DNA of 64,000 nucleotides from Patescibacteria group bacterium UBA6017 (GTDB taxonomy: Bacteria; Patescibacteriota; Saccharimonadia; UBA4664): assembly GCA_002429485.1 (NCBI GenBank), contig DIZX01000009.1, positions 5,461 through 69,460 of the forward strand. The letters run 5' to 3'. The stretch's first letter is position 1. Each line of letters starts with the position of its first letter. Both the position numbers and the translations under genes were made by a program. This document shows positions 54,789 through 63,674 of this stretch, in pieces. The notes under the pieces are model-generated. The model was not told the origin of the DNA, ran no database searches, and saw only the letters and a program-made list of their open reading frames with translations.

Positions 54789-55826
54789 TTAAGTACGATC
54801 TACTTTATCAGGCTTCTTATGCATTAACTTTTTAACTTCGCGGTCGAAGTCCGATTCGAAGGTTTTGTCTTGGGCAAGCTGGTATTTTTCGAATTCGGCT
54901 TCGGCGAAAGATTTAGCGACGGCAGCGGAGACTTTCCCGGGATTATTGAGAATCTCATATTCGTTAAATTGCAAAAACGCATCTAGTCTAGTCGCCCAAT
55001 CCGCCATGGTAAGCGGGACGTTACGAAGAGCCATGTTCTCGGCATAATCGAGATACATGGTCGTGAAGCGGTCGAGTTTTTCAAGCTCATCCTTGGAGAG
55101 ATAGTTTTTGGCTATGGCTACATCGGTTGGCAGAATTTTGCCAGTTGGCGAATATTTCCAGCTGGTGAGTCCCATGTGAGGTTTTTGGCTGTTTGCCCGA
55201 TCTTTGATGAGTTCCGCGGCGGTATGAGCGTGGATGGCAAAATGTAGTTTATTTTGCACAGTGGCAAAAAAGTCCTGAGTAAGCTGGTCGGACGGGTTAT
55301 AGTCGTACGCGGTAGAGTAAATATCGGTGATTTTCTGATAAAACTTACGCTCGCTACTCCGGATTTCCCGGATGAGAGCAACGAGACTATCGAAGTAATC
55401 TTGGCCGAAGTATTGGCCGTTCTTGAGCCGTTCATCGTCCAAAACGAAACCTTTGATGGTAAATTCTTTGAGAACTTGGGTAGCCCATTGGCGAAATTGT
55501 GTGGCTTTGTGGGTGTTGATGCGGTAGCCGACAGATATAATGGCGTCTAGATTGTAATGTTTGGTCTTGTAGTTCTTGCCGTCACTGGCAGTTACCGAGA
55601 AATCCTCGGCAACTGCCGAGCTGTCTAGCTCGCCATCGGCCAAAATATTCTTTAGATGCAGACTGATATTATCCGGGCTGCAATCAAAAAGCTTGGCCAT
55701 GAGCTTTTGCGTCATCCAAATAGTTTCGCCTTCGACGCGCACTTCTAGCGAGTCGCCGTCGCCTTGCATCGTAAAGACGATAAACCGGGCGGTGCTATTG
55801 ATAATTTGTGGTTTGCGTTCGCTCAT
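54789..55826 (-). CDS. RhuM-family (virulence RhuM / Fic-DOC-related) protein
   Basis: N-terminal EVRVEGETIWMTQKLMAKLFDCSPDNISLHLKNILADGEL and NLDAIISVGYRINTHKATQFRQWATQVLKEFTIKGFVLDDERLK match the conserved RhuM family. Confidence 0.8.
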   Translation of the reverse strand: MSERKPQIINSTARFIVFTMQGDGDSLEVRVEGETIWMTQKLMAKLFDCSPDNISLHLKNILADGELDSSAVAEDFSVTASDGKNYKTKHYNLDAIISVGYRINTHKATQFRQWATQVLKEFTIKGFVLDDERLKNGQYFGQDYFDSLVALIREIRSSERKFYQKITDIYSTAYDYNPSDQLTQDFFATVQNKLHFAIHAHTAAELIKDRANSQKPHMGLTSWKYSPTGKILPTDVAIAKNYLSKDELEKLDRFTTMYLDYAENMALRNVPLTMADWATRLDAFLQFNEYEILNNPGKVSAAVAKSFAEAEFEKYQLAQDKTFESDFDREVKKLMHKKPDKVDRT

Positions 55827-55931
55827 ATAAGAATCCTAGCATGATCTATCGTGCCGAACAAGAGCCGAACAAAATCTTTGCATTTTGCGCAGCCAAAACC
55901 CCAGAGATAAATATCATCTCTGGGGCGGCTG

Positions 55932-57104
55932 TCATAGCTTATCCTCGAAGGTGCGTAGGCGGTGAAGGCGGGCTAGGGCCACGAAGGCCAGTGTGCTGCA
56001 AACCAGCCCTGTGCTTACGAGCCCGATCTTTAAGCCCGAACGGTCGACGACTAACCCGACGAGCGGGCCGGCCAGCATAAACACCAGCCGTTGGACCAGG
56101 TTGATCACGCTGTTGATGGTGGCCCGGTACTCGTGTTCGATATAGGCGTTGAGTCGCGCCGTGATCGGCGGACCCTGCAGTGCCTGGATCACATCGTGAC
56201 CCAGTACCAGCCATACCAACCAGATCCAGCCGGTACCCATACTCATATAGACGAGCCCGGCCAACGCGGCGTAGACCAACATATTGCGCTCGATGTGCCG
56301 AGTCTGGTGAAACTTATGCGACAGCCAGGCCTTCCACAGACTGCGGATCGCCAGGATGACGCTAAATAGCACCACCGGGATGCCCATACCCGAGTAATAC
56401 GGTGCCGAGAGCCAATATGCGATGTAGGTCGACGTACCCAATACCGCACCCAGAGCAACCAGCCACCGCGCTTCGGCATTACCACCCAGTTGTCTCACGG
56501 CATGCCAGGCACTCAGCCGAACGGCTTCGGTGCTGCCATTGGAGTGCGGGGCTTCCACTAGCTTGAGCGCGAAAATCATACCCACAAGGGTGAGCAGACC
56601 GTCCGCCACCAGCGTGGAGCTGATCGACACATAATGCACCAGCAATATCGCCAGCGGTACGCCGACGGCGGTACTGGCAAATCCCATAGCGTTCATACGC
56701 TGACTGAGCTTTACGAAATCGGTCTCGCGGCCCTGCGCCTTGAGCGAGTCAATCAGCAGTGCCGTATCGATTCCGCTGATCAGCCCGTAGGCCATCGCCA
56801 GCACCAGCTCGCAGATCACGAATTGCCAGAACTGCCCAGAAAATCCGTAGGCAATCATGGCCACGGCCGCAATCGGCGCGCTGAGCTTAATGCTGAAGGC
56901 CCGGCCCAACCGGTCGGCAATATATCCGCTCGGGATCTCCCATAGCAGCACGGCCAGGGAAAAGATCGATTGCAGCAGAAATATCTGGGACAGGCTCAAG
57001 CCCTTCTCCAGAAAGAATGGCGTCAGGTAGGCCGCGCTGATCGACAGCGCCTTAAACGGGGCGAAGTAGGTTAGCCACTTGGCGTTATCAATGTGCTTGT
57101 CCAT
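55932..57104 (-). CDS. MFS transporter
   Basis: 12 predicted TM with a GYIADRLGR-type motif between TM2 and TM3. RBS AAGGA. Confidence 0.8.
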   Translation of the reverse strand: MDKHIDNAKWLTYFAPFKALSISAAYLTPFFLEKGLSLSQIFLLQSIFSLAVLLWEIPSGYIADRLGRAFSIKLSAPIAAVAMIAYGFSGQFWQFVICELVLAMAYGLISGIDTALLIDSLKAQGRETDFVKLSQRMNAMGFASTAVGVPLAILLVHYVSISSTLVADGLLTLVGMIFALKLVEAPHSNGSTEAVRLSAWHAVRQLGGNAEARWLVALGAVLGTSTYIAYWLSAPYYSGMGIPVVLFSVILAIRSLWKAWLSHKFHQTRHIERNMLVYAALAGLVYMSMGTGWIWLVWLVLGHDVIQALQGPPITARLNAYIEHEYRATINSVINLVQRLVFMLAGPLVGLVVDRSGLKIGLVSTGLVCSTLAFVALARLHRLRTFEDKL

Positions 57105-57185
57105 GTTGGGTCCTTTCCTTTAAGTTATGACAACCTCGGGGCTCAGTTTAGTCCTAAACCCCGGTCCGCCTCCGATACGTATGAC

Positions 57186-57210
57186 GAAAAACGTCTCCGT
57201 ATGGGAGACG
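57186..57210 (-). terminator. rho-independent terminator of the RM/membrane-protein operon (minus strand)
   Basis: On the minus strand: CGTCTCC-CATAC-GGAGACG followed by TTTTTCG. Confidence 0.45.
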
Positions 57211-57386
57211 CACCGTGACCTAAAATTTTATCGTAAGTTAGATAAGTAGATCCGATACGCCCGAGCTGGCCTTCCGCATGGAAAATTCAGCAGCAACAAC
57301 CCCGCCGGTATACAGGCGGCTGGTCGAGGTCGTGATGTGGTTCGGGTAGTATCGATTCATAATGTACGTACTATAACAGGTTGTGG

Positions 57387-58115
57387 TTATTTGTAAAGAG
57401 TGGGTTTGTACTGAGTGGCTAGATATTGCTTCATAAAAAAGCGACCTTTGTCTGTGAGCTCAATTTTGTTGCTATCAATCGTAATTAATTCATTGCCGTC
57501 AGCGTACGCGAGGATGTTTGTTGGAATACTGTTACCGCTACCAGATTCGTCCTCGTAACTTACGTACTTGTTATGTTCATAAAGCGCTTCTTTTATGTGT
57601 GCAAATTGGTTAAAAAGGGCGCTTTCCTTAAACTCTTTAAAGTCATGTAGCCAACTTTCGTTTACTTTATCCTTCAAGTCAATCACTTCTTTTTCCGCCT
57701 TAAGTGTAATGGCCTGAGTTGAAGCAAGTGCTTTTTTGCCTTTTTCATATTGATCCTCGAATCGTATCTTGATAAGTCTTCTATCATATTCATTTTCTTT
57801 TTCTTTTTCGTAAGAGGGTTTCAGAATTAGTCTTGGAAGCCACCAGATCATTACATAGGTAAGAAATGCTGCTAGGGAGATGAGTAGCGCCTGCGTAAGC
57901 CAATAGTGCCAGTCGTTTCGGCGAATCAGGACTGTCCATATATATTCATTTTTTAGCATATGTTTTTGGGTATATATCTGCTGCTGATCGATAAATAGCA
58001 GGGTGAAGAACAACTGAGAGTGCAGCACGATATACCAAAACGTGAATAAACCATAGACCTGTGTTTTTACGCGCGTCTTCCAATATTCGAGGATTGAGTG
58101 TACGACATCAGCCAC
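57387..58115 (-). CDS. hypothetical 2-TM membrane protein with a charged coiled-coil C-terminus, translationally coupled to the RM gene
   Basis: The GTG start overlaps the last 8 nt of the RM gene. AT-rich. Two hydrophobic helices, then a K/E-rich C-terminal region. Confidence 0.45.
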   Translation of the reverse strand: MADVVHSILEYWKTRVKTQVYGLFTFWYIVLHSQLFFTLLFIDQQQIYTQKHMLKNEYIWTVLIRRNDWHYWLTQALLISLAAFLTYVMIWWLPRLILKPSYEKEKENEYDRRLIKIRFEDQYEKGKKALASTQAITLKAEKEVIDLKDKVNESWLHDFKEFKESALFNQFAHIKEALYEHNKYVSYEDESGSGNSIPTNILAYADGNELITIDSNKIELTDKGRFFMKQYLATQYKPTLYK

Positions 58116-61100
58116 TTGAATCGACCGCCATCATTATCCTTGCTGTCTCGATGAGAACTTTGATAATCATTTGGTAATGATCGATGTCTTCGTTTGAAAC
58201 TTTTTTTCCTTTGCGATCTTTGAGCCACTTTTGCGCTGGCTGATAGCCACCTATATAGAAATTCCATGCAACATCTGGCACGTTGCCAAAATATTGAGAA
58301 TCGTTAATCCAAACTTGCCCCTCCGTGTAAGATATTCTATCTATCTCATCGCTTCCGGTAATTGGATAAGTAGTTGCATACTCATGGGCAAGTGTTGACG
58401 TCATAAGGTGGAGCCCGCGTAACTCCCGACCGAGCGCTATGAGCCTTACAAACCTGTCATTGCCGTTCGGTACTGGGACTCGCGGGAAGTCGGCTTTGAG
58501 GAACTCCTTATACATCTCTCGGTATTCGGGCGAATGCAGTGAGGCATAGATGTAGTCAAGAATGTCTTCCGGCGAATATTTTATGGTGAGGTTTTTTGTT
58601 AGTTGTTTAAGAGTATCGGGCTTAAAATTTGGTGTTCGTGTGCTGTCGTCGTGATATATGTAGAGGGGAAAAACAACTCCTCCGCCTCGGTAAAATAAGT
58701 TTAAATCGGACACGGTATCCTGCACGTATGCTAGGTTCCAGATGCCAGCTCCGACAGCCTGTCCTTGTCGCCCAATTGTAATACTTAGGTTTGGTTCGAG
58801 CATGTTCCTCAATACTTCATAGCGTGGCCAGTCGATTAGCCGCGTGTCATAAGCTATCTCGCGATTATCTAGTGGCCGGTATGAATATTTAATAATGTAT
58901 TCCTTTTCGCTTTGTTTGAACGAGCGTCTAACGCCATGGATTTCCCAACCTCGAGTGTCTCCGGGTAAATACTTGGTCGATCCAGGCTTGAAATATTTCG
59001 CCCGAATATCTGCATCTGATATCTGCAGGTCCAGAAAATCTTCTAGCCTTCTTTTTAATATATTCTTATCAAAATCCACTACAAAATTATCGCGAGATGT
59101 CTGGACCCCACTTGTTCCGCTGATGAATAGACTATTCACATCTACTCCCTCGTCGTATTTTGCGCGCCCTACATCGTTCTGTGGGGCGAATGTCAGTGTC
59201 TTCGCGTTTAGCGTGAGTTTGCTCCAATTGATGTCTTGGGTTAAAGCAATAAACTTATCTTTCCGAAGCCCAAAAAGCTTCGCATGCGAGACTTCAGCTA
59301 ATTGGCCTTTTCGTTTTGTGTTGGTTTTGACGGCGATCAAGATTGCTACACCTTGCATGATATCAAAAACGTTCTCGTCCTTATGCCCGTCCGGTGAAAT
59401 TTCTTTTTTAATTGTGTTGCCATGAAGATCAAGTACATAAATTTGATCAAAGGTTTTAGCGAGGTGCCATCGCATACCCCTGAAGGTTGGGTTGTCGAGA
59501 TAGCCGTGGTTCGTAATCATCGCAACCACGCCCTCTCCGTTTTTTTCGATTAGATCTTCTGTAAATGCAATGAATTTAACGTAGTCGTCGTTTAGCCAGT
59601 GCTTTCGTTCCTGTAGTTTTTGCTTACCACCGGGTTCAAATTTATATTTATCAACGAGTTTATTTGCATATGGAGTGTTATTGGAACTTACACCGGAATA
59701 TGGCGGATTCCCCATCACAATCATAATTGGACGTTCATGCTTAATAACGCTGGCTTTTCGGCTTTCTTCTGCCACTACATCGGCTAGGCCGAAATGAGAG
59801 AATAGATCGGATTGATTAGGGGAACCCTCCTCGAGCGTGTTGGTTAGGAATACGCCTAGGCGATCGGTGAGATCGGTGACACCTGTTTCTTGTAGGGTCA
59901 TGCCTAATTTTAGATGTGCGATCGTATATGGCGCCATCATGAGTTCGAAGCCATATAATCTGGGCAGTAGGTCTGTTTTTACATATGCGGGCCAGCGGCC
60001 TTCTTGGCCTCTGAAGCTTTCATGGATGAATTTGATGGTTTCATTCAGGAAGGTGGCTGTGCCGACGGCGGGGTCTAGAACTTGCACGCGGTGGAGTGTA
60101 TTTTTCGTGCCTGCTTTTAAGGTGCCGATGGTTCTTTTTTCTGTGTCAGCCAGGCCTTTTGGAATATTGAAGTCACGTTTGAGGATCTCGTCAACTTGCC
60201 GAACAATGAATCGAACGACGGGGACTGGGGTGTAGTAGGCTCCCATTTTTTTACGTTCTGCGGGGTCGTATTCTTTCAGAAAATCTTCATAAAAATGTAT
60301 TATGGGATCTTTATTCCCGTGTTCGGCGGCTATAACTTTGAGATGTTTGTTTACTATATCCTTCACGTCGCTGACCATGAAAACTTCGCAAAGCTCATCG
60401 ACAATATAACTTAGGCGTGCATCAAAATCGCTACCCGCGATATGATCGAAGAATTTGCGCAGGAATGGGTTGCTCTTTGGCACGAGGTCGCGCGCTTCTT
60501 GGCGAGTAAAATCTTCAGGAGTTGTGTCGCCGAAACGTGCCACAAACAGTCCGTAGACTAGGGTTTGAGCGTACATATCTGCGAATTTTTCAGCTGTCAG
60601 GTCGTGGACTAGCAGCTGGCGAAGCATGGCATAGATTTTTTCTAGCTCGGTATTGCTTTTGCTGTCGGCGTGCGCTAGGTAGAGCGTCACATTGTCACGG
60701 ATGCGACGGGCTTTGGCGCCCATGATTTCGGCTAGTCGGCGTCCGGATCGAATTCGTTCAGGGGGGAGACGCAAGAACTCGGCTAGTTCATCGGCAAGCT
60801 GTGGTGCTATTGTACGATCGGGAATAAGGATGCCATCTTTTATGCTCCCGAGTCGGAGGGTTTTGTATTTTTCGCCATTCTTGTAGAAACGAAATTCCAG
60901 ATAATCAGTCAGGAAAAGGTTGGCGTATCCTCCGTATCGTTGCATTTGGTTAGTTTTTTCGGTTTTATCTAGGCTGACATTTACGTCTTTTGCCTCTGCG
61001 TAGCCCAATATCATACTATGATTAGTCTTTTTCAAGAAAACCATATCTGGATTGCCATGTTCGCTCCTGCCAGGATCGTTGACTGCCCTGCAATCGTCAA

Positions 61101-61218
61101 AACTCTCCATAAGCTGCTGAAGAGCGGGTCGGTAGGCGTGCTCTCGCGCATGCCCTGTCGCTAGCTGGGACTGAACCTCGGCTAAATATTTTGTTACTGC
61201 AGCGGAGTTATTTGCCAT
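58108..61218 (-). CDS. single-polypeptide Type IIG (MmeI/ISP-like) restriction-modification enzyme: PD-ExK nuclease, N6-adenine methyltransferase and target-recognition domain
   Basis: N-terminal NPDMVF...GYAEAKD (PD...ExK). MTase motif I VLDPAVGTATFL and motif IV MGNPPYSG. C-terminal WNFYIGGYQPAQKWLKDRKGKKVSNEDIDHYQMIIKVLIETARIM is typical of Type ISP/IIG C-terminal domains. 1036 aa. Confidence 0.8.
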   Translation of the reverse strand: MANNSAAVTKYLAEVQSQLATGHAREHAYRPALQQLMESFDDCRAVNDPGRSEHGNPDMVFLKKTNHSMILGYAEAKDVNVSLDKTEKTNQMQRYGGYANLFLTDYLEFRFYKNGEKYKTLRLGSIKDGILIPDRTIAPQLADELAEFLRLPPERIRSGRRLAEIMGAKARRIRDNVTLYLAHADSKSNTELEKIYAMLRQLLVHDLTAEKFADMYAQTLVYGLFVARFGDTTPEDFTRQEARDLVPKSNPFLRKFFDHIAGSDFDARLSYIVDELCEVFMVSDVKDIVNKHLKVIAAEHGNKDPIIHFYEDFLKEYDPAERKKMGAYYTPVPVVRFIVRQVDEILKRDFNIPKGLADTEKRTIGTLKAGTKNTLHRVQVLDPAVGTATFLNETIKFIHESFRGQEGRWPAYVKTDLLPRLYGFELMMAPYTIAHLKLGMTLQETGVTDLTDRLGVFLTNTLEEGSPNQSDLFSHFGLADVVAEESRKASVIKHERPIMIVMGNPPYSGVSSNNTPYANKLVDKYKFEPGGKQKLQERKHWLNDDYVKFIAFTEDLIEKNGEGVVAMITNHGYLDNPTFRGMRWHLAKTFDQIYVLDLHGNTIKKEISPDGHKDENVFDIMQGVAILIAVKTNTKRKGQLAEVSHAKLFGLRKDKFIALTQDINWSKLTLNAKTLTFAPQNDVGRAKYDEGVDVNSLFISGTSGVQTSRDNFVVDFDKNILKRRLEDFLDLQISDADIRAKYFKPGSTKYLPGDTRGWEIHGVRRSFKQSEKEYIIKYSYRPLDNREIAYDTRLIDWPRYEVLRNMLEPNLSITIGRQGQAVGAGIWNLAYVQDTVSDLNLFYRGGGVVFPLYIYHDDSTRTPNFKPDTLKQLTKNLTIKYSPEDILDYIYASLHSPEYREMYKEFLKADFPRVPVPNGNDRFVRLIALGRELRGLHLMTSTLAHEYATTYPITGSDEIDRISYTEGQVWINDSQYFGNVPDVAWNFYIGGYQPAQKWLKDRKGKKVSNEDIDHYQMIIKVLIETARIMMAVDSSG

Positions 61219-61249
61219 GTATTGCCATTATACCCTGATTATTCCTAGC

Positions 61250-61876
61250 TTAAGGCCAGGTGATCTTTTCGATGATGCGCTCTTTTTGAATTCGGCGGGT
61301 AATAACGGCCTCTGAAGTGCCGAATACAAACGCTATAGCTGGGGTTAGGCTCGCTAGTATGAGGGGTAATCCAACATTAAGTTTCTGAAGTTCATCGCGA
61401 TTTGCATTGAGCAGAGTCTGCGCTGTAGACAAGAGCGTTTCGGGTGGTACGAGGAGCCTACCGGCGAATTCGTCGGCATCGCGCTCGAGAGCGGTGTATT
61501 CGTCGTCCGTGATGGTTTTCATAAAATTATATGCATCGCTCATGTTCTTGAGATTCAGACTTTCGTAAAAATCACGGTGGAGGAGCCGGTGTCCGAGTTC
61601 ATGGGCTAGGCTGAATCGTAGGCGGTTACTAAATAGGCTATCCATGTACTCATCCTGATCGACATAGATAATATCCATATTGGACATGATTAGGGCGTCG
61701 ATATCGTACATTTCTTTGAGTTGTTTTACGGGACGAACTTCGATCTGTAGATCGAGCTCAATTATGGCCATGATATCGACCGGAAGCTCCCCCGCTGCAT
61801 TTTGTTCTCGGAATTCATCGGCGACTTTGCGGAGATGGTTGACGGCGTATTTGGGTAGCTCCGGTCGTGTGCTCAT
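61250..61876 (-). CDS. ImmA/IrrE-family zinc metallopeptidase (DUF955)
   Basis: HEXXH LAHELGHRLLH plus the downstream E in DADEFAGRLLVP. Lies 3 nt after the XRE gene. Confidence 0.8.
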   Translation of the reverse strand: MSTRPELPKYAVNHLRKVADEFREQNAAGELPVDIMAIIELDLQIEVRPVKQLKEMYDIDALIMSNMDIIYVDQDEYMDSLFSNRLRFSLAHELGHRLLHRDFYESLNLKNMSDAYNFMKTITDDEYTALERDADEFAGRLLVPPETLLSTAQTLLNANRDELQKLNVGLPLILASLTPAIAFVFGTSEAVITRRIQKERIIEKITWP

Positions 61877-61879
61877 GAA

Positions 61880-62251
61880 TTAGCTTTCTTTCAATAGTTC
61901 GATGAGTTTTTCGATTTCTTCTTTGGTGGGCTTTTGGCCGCGCAGAGTACGGAAGAATGCTGGGATGTGTTCCATGATGTTTTCTTGCTCCAGGATATCT
62001 TTCGGGATCATTCCCTTGGATAGAGACACGTTGTCCAGGAAAGCTTGGTGCTCGGGGGTGTCGGCTTTGAGCTCTAGTGCTGTGCTCCAGTGCTCTAGGG
62101 TTTCGGTATCTGATGGGGGCGGTAAGATGCCTCGTTCGATCTTGCTCCAATTGCTGGGGTCATACTCGGCAGCACGACAGACGTCACGAAGTGACAATCG
62201 TTTACTTATTCTTAATTCGCGTAGGTATTCGCCGAAAGGTTTGCTCACCAT
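61880..62251 (-). CDS. XRE-family helix-turn-helix transcriptional regulator
   Basis: FGEYLRELRISKRLSLRDVCRAAEYDPSNWSKIERG is a Cro/C1-type HTH. RBS AGGAGG. Confidence 0.8.
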   Translation of the reverse strand: MVSKPFGEYLRELRISKRLSLRDVCRAAEYDPSNWSKIERGILPPPSDTETLEHWSTALELKADTPEHQAFLDNVSLSKGMIPKDILEQENIMEHIPAFFRTLRGQKPTKEEIEKLIELLKES

Positions 62252-62273
62252 GGCCTCCTGCTGATTAATTATC

Positions 62274-62313
62274 GTGGTATTGATTTACTACGAACTGTGG
62301 TAATATCCTACCA
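62274..62313. promoter_or_regulatory. candidate operator in the divergent XRE/DUF2188 promoter region (repeated GTGGTAWT half-sites and an inverted repeat TGGTA-N6-TACCA)
   Basis: GTGGTAT at 62274-62280, GTGGTAAT at 62297-62304, and TGGTAATATCCTACCA at 62298-62313. Confidence 0.3.
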
Positions 62314-62344
62314 TATACTAATTTTAAGTACAACGGGGGTTATT

Positions 62345-62569
62345 ATGGCAAATCGCCATGTGGTACCACATAACGGTAAATGGGCGGATCGGGCCGAAGG
62401 AGCAAGTCGAGTTGGAGGTATTTATGATACTCAGGCTCAAGCATTTGATGCTGGTCGTGCGCGGGTAATTAATAGTGGCGGGGGCGAATTGCGAATTCAC
62501 GGCGAGAACGGCAAGATTCGTGATAGCAATACTTACGGCAAGGTTGATCCATACCCGCCAAAGGGTTAG
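62345..62569 (+). CDS. DUF2188-family small protein
   Basis: MANRHVVPHNGKWADRAEGASRVGGIYDTQAQAFDAGRARVINSGGGELRIHGENGKIRDSNTYG matches the DUF2188 pattern (HV.P...W......S.....TQ.EA...AR......ELVIHG.DG.IRD...YG). The track ORF N-terminal extension is rejected. Confidence 0.7.
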   Translation: MANRHVVPHNGKWADRAEGASRVGGIYDTQAQAFDAGRARVINSGGGELRIHGENGKIRDSNTYGKVDPYPPKG

Positions 62570-62911
62570 TAGGTATACGGCCTAAGGCAGAAGCGGCCGG
62601 GCAACCCTATGAGGGTTACCCGGCTTTTTGGGCGTGATTGGAGCACACGGATCGGTACTTCAGTCGGCTGCCGCCCTGCAGTGGGCGGACTCGGTCATGA
62701 AGCGAGGGCGGCTTATATTCAGGTGAGTTCTCTCATCGTAAGGGCAGCTCAAAAACCGTCAAAGTCGTTCCAGCTTTGTGGAGCTGGGTTGCTATACACA
62801 AAACGGGCATCTCACTGGTATACGATTATTTATTCAGGTACCCAAGATAGAACGGCCCACCAACATGCTGGTGGGCCGTTCTATCTTGGGAGACTTTGCG
62901 TTTAACTTAAG

Positions 62912-63526
62912 CTATAGGTCTTTGTCATCGATATCGGCTTTGTAAGATCCAGCCCGCTGGTCGGAGGCAGTTTCGTTTTGTACCTCGCCGAATGCGGGTT
63001 GCTGCCGCTGGGCTCTGTTTGTTGAAGTCTTTTTTGACCCCGCGGTCGCCTGATCCGCGTTGGCCGAAGGTTCCGTGTCCTCCACTTCCTCCAGCACGAC
63101 GTACTTGCGCAGACGCATGCGTCCGGGTTCATGCTGCTGCCTATCCTCTTGCGACGCCTGGTCGGATTGCGTCATACCCGTGTCGTCGGTCTGGCTGGCA
63201 CCGACTAGGTCTCTAGCCCCATTTATAGAGTAGTGCGTGTACAAGCGATCTTCTTCGTCCGCCGCCAAGTATTCGTCAGCGTCGATACTTGGCGCACTCA
63301 AGATCGCTTCCTTTGCGTAAGGGGTTTTGTAGCCATCCTCGTGCTTGGTCACGTCAGTTAGCGGTACATAGTGCTGCTTCAGGCCGAATATCCCGCTCGA
63401 TATCGTAGCCCACTTTGGCTGGTCACTTTCGTCGTCTAAATATAGATCCTGAAACTTACCAATCTTTTCACCGTTGTTATCGTAAAGATTCATCCCTTCG
63501 AAATTATTGTAGTTCGGTCCCGTCAT
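62912..63526 (-). CDS. PRC-barrel / YsnF-AvaK-domain stress-response-like protein
   Basis: MNLYDNNGEKIGKFQDLYLDDESDQPKWATISSGIFGLKQHYVPL is a PRC-barrel domain. C-terminal MRLRKYVVLEEVE is a YsnF/AvaK-type segment. Start at the ATG at 63526 with RBS GAGGAGG (the track start is TTG). Confidence 0.6.
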   Translation of the reverse strand: MTGPNYNNFEGMNLYDNNGEKIGKFQDLYLDDESDQPKWATISSGIFGLKQHYVPLTDVTKHEDGYKTPYAKEAILSAPSIDADEYLAADEEDRLYTHYSINGARDLVGASQTDDTGMTQSDQASQEDRQQHEPGRMRLRKYVVLEEVEDTEPSANADQATAGSKKTSTNRAQRQQPAFGEVQNETASDQRAGSYKADIDDKDL

Positions 63527-63674
63527 ATTTACCTCCTCGTTACCTAAATTACAGCCTACGCGCAACCATAAACCGTTAATGTAGGCGAAGTCACAATTGC
63601 TTCAGTCTCTCGTGAAGTTGCCCAATGTGGTGACGGTCCATTTCTGACAAGCTTAATTCGTAAAGGAGGTTCTC

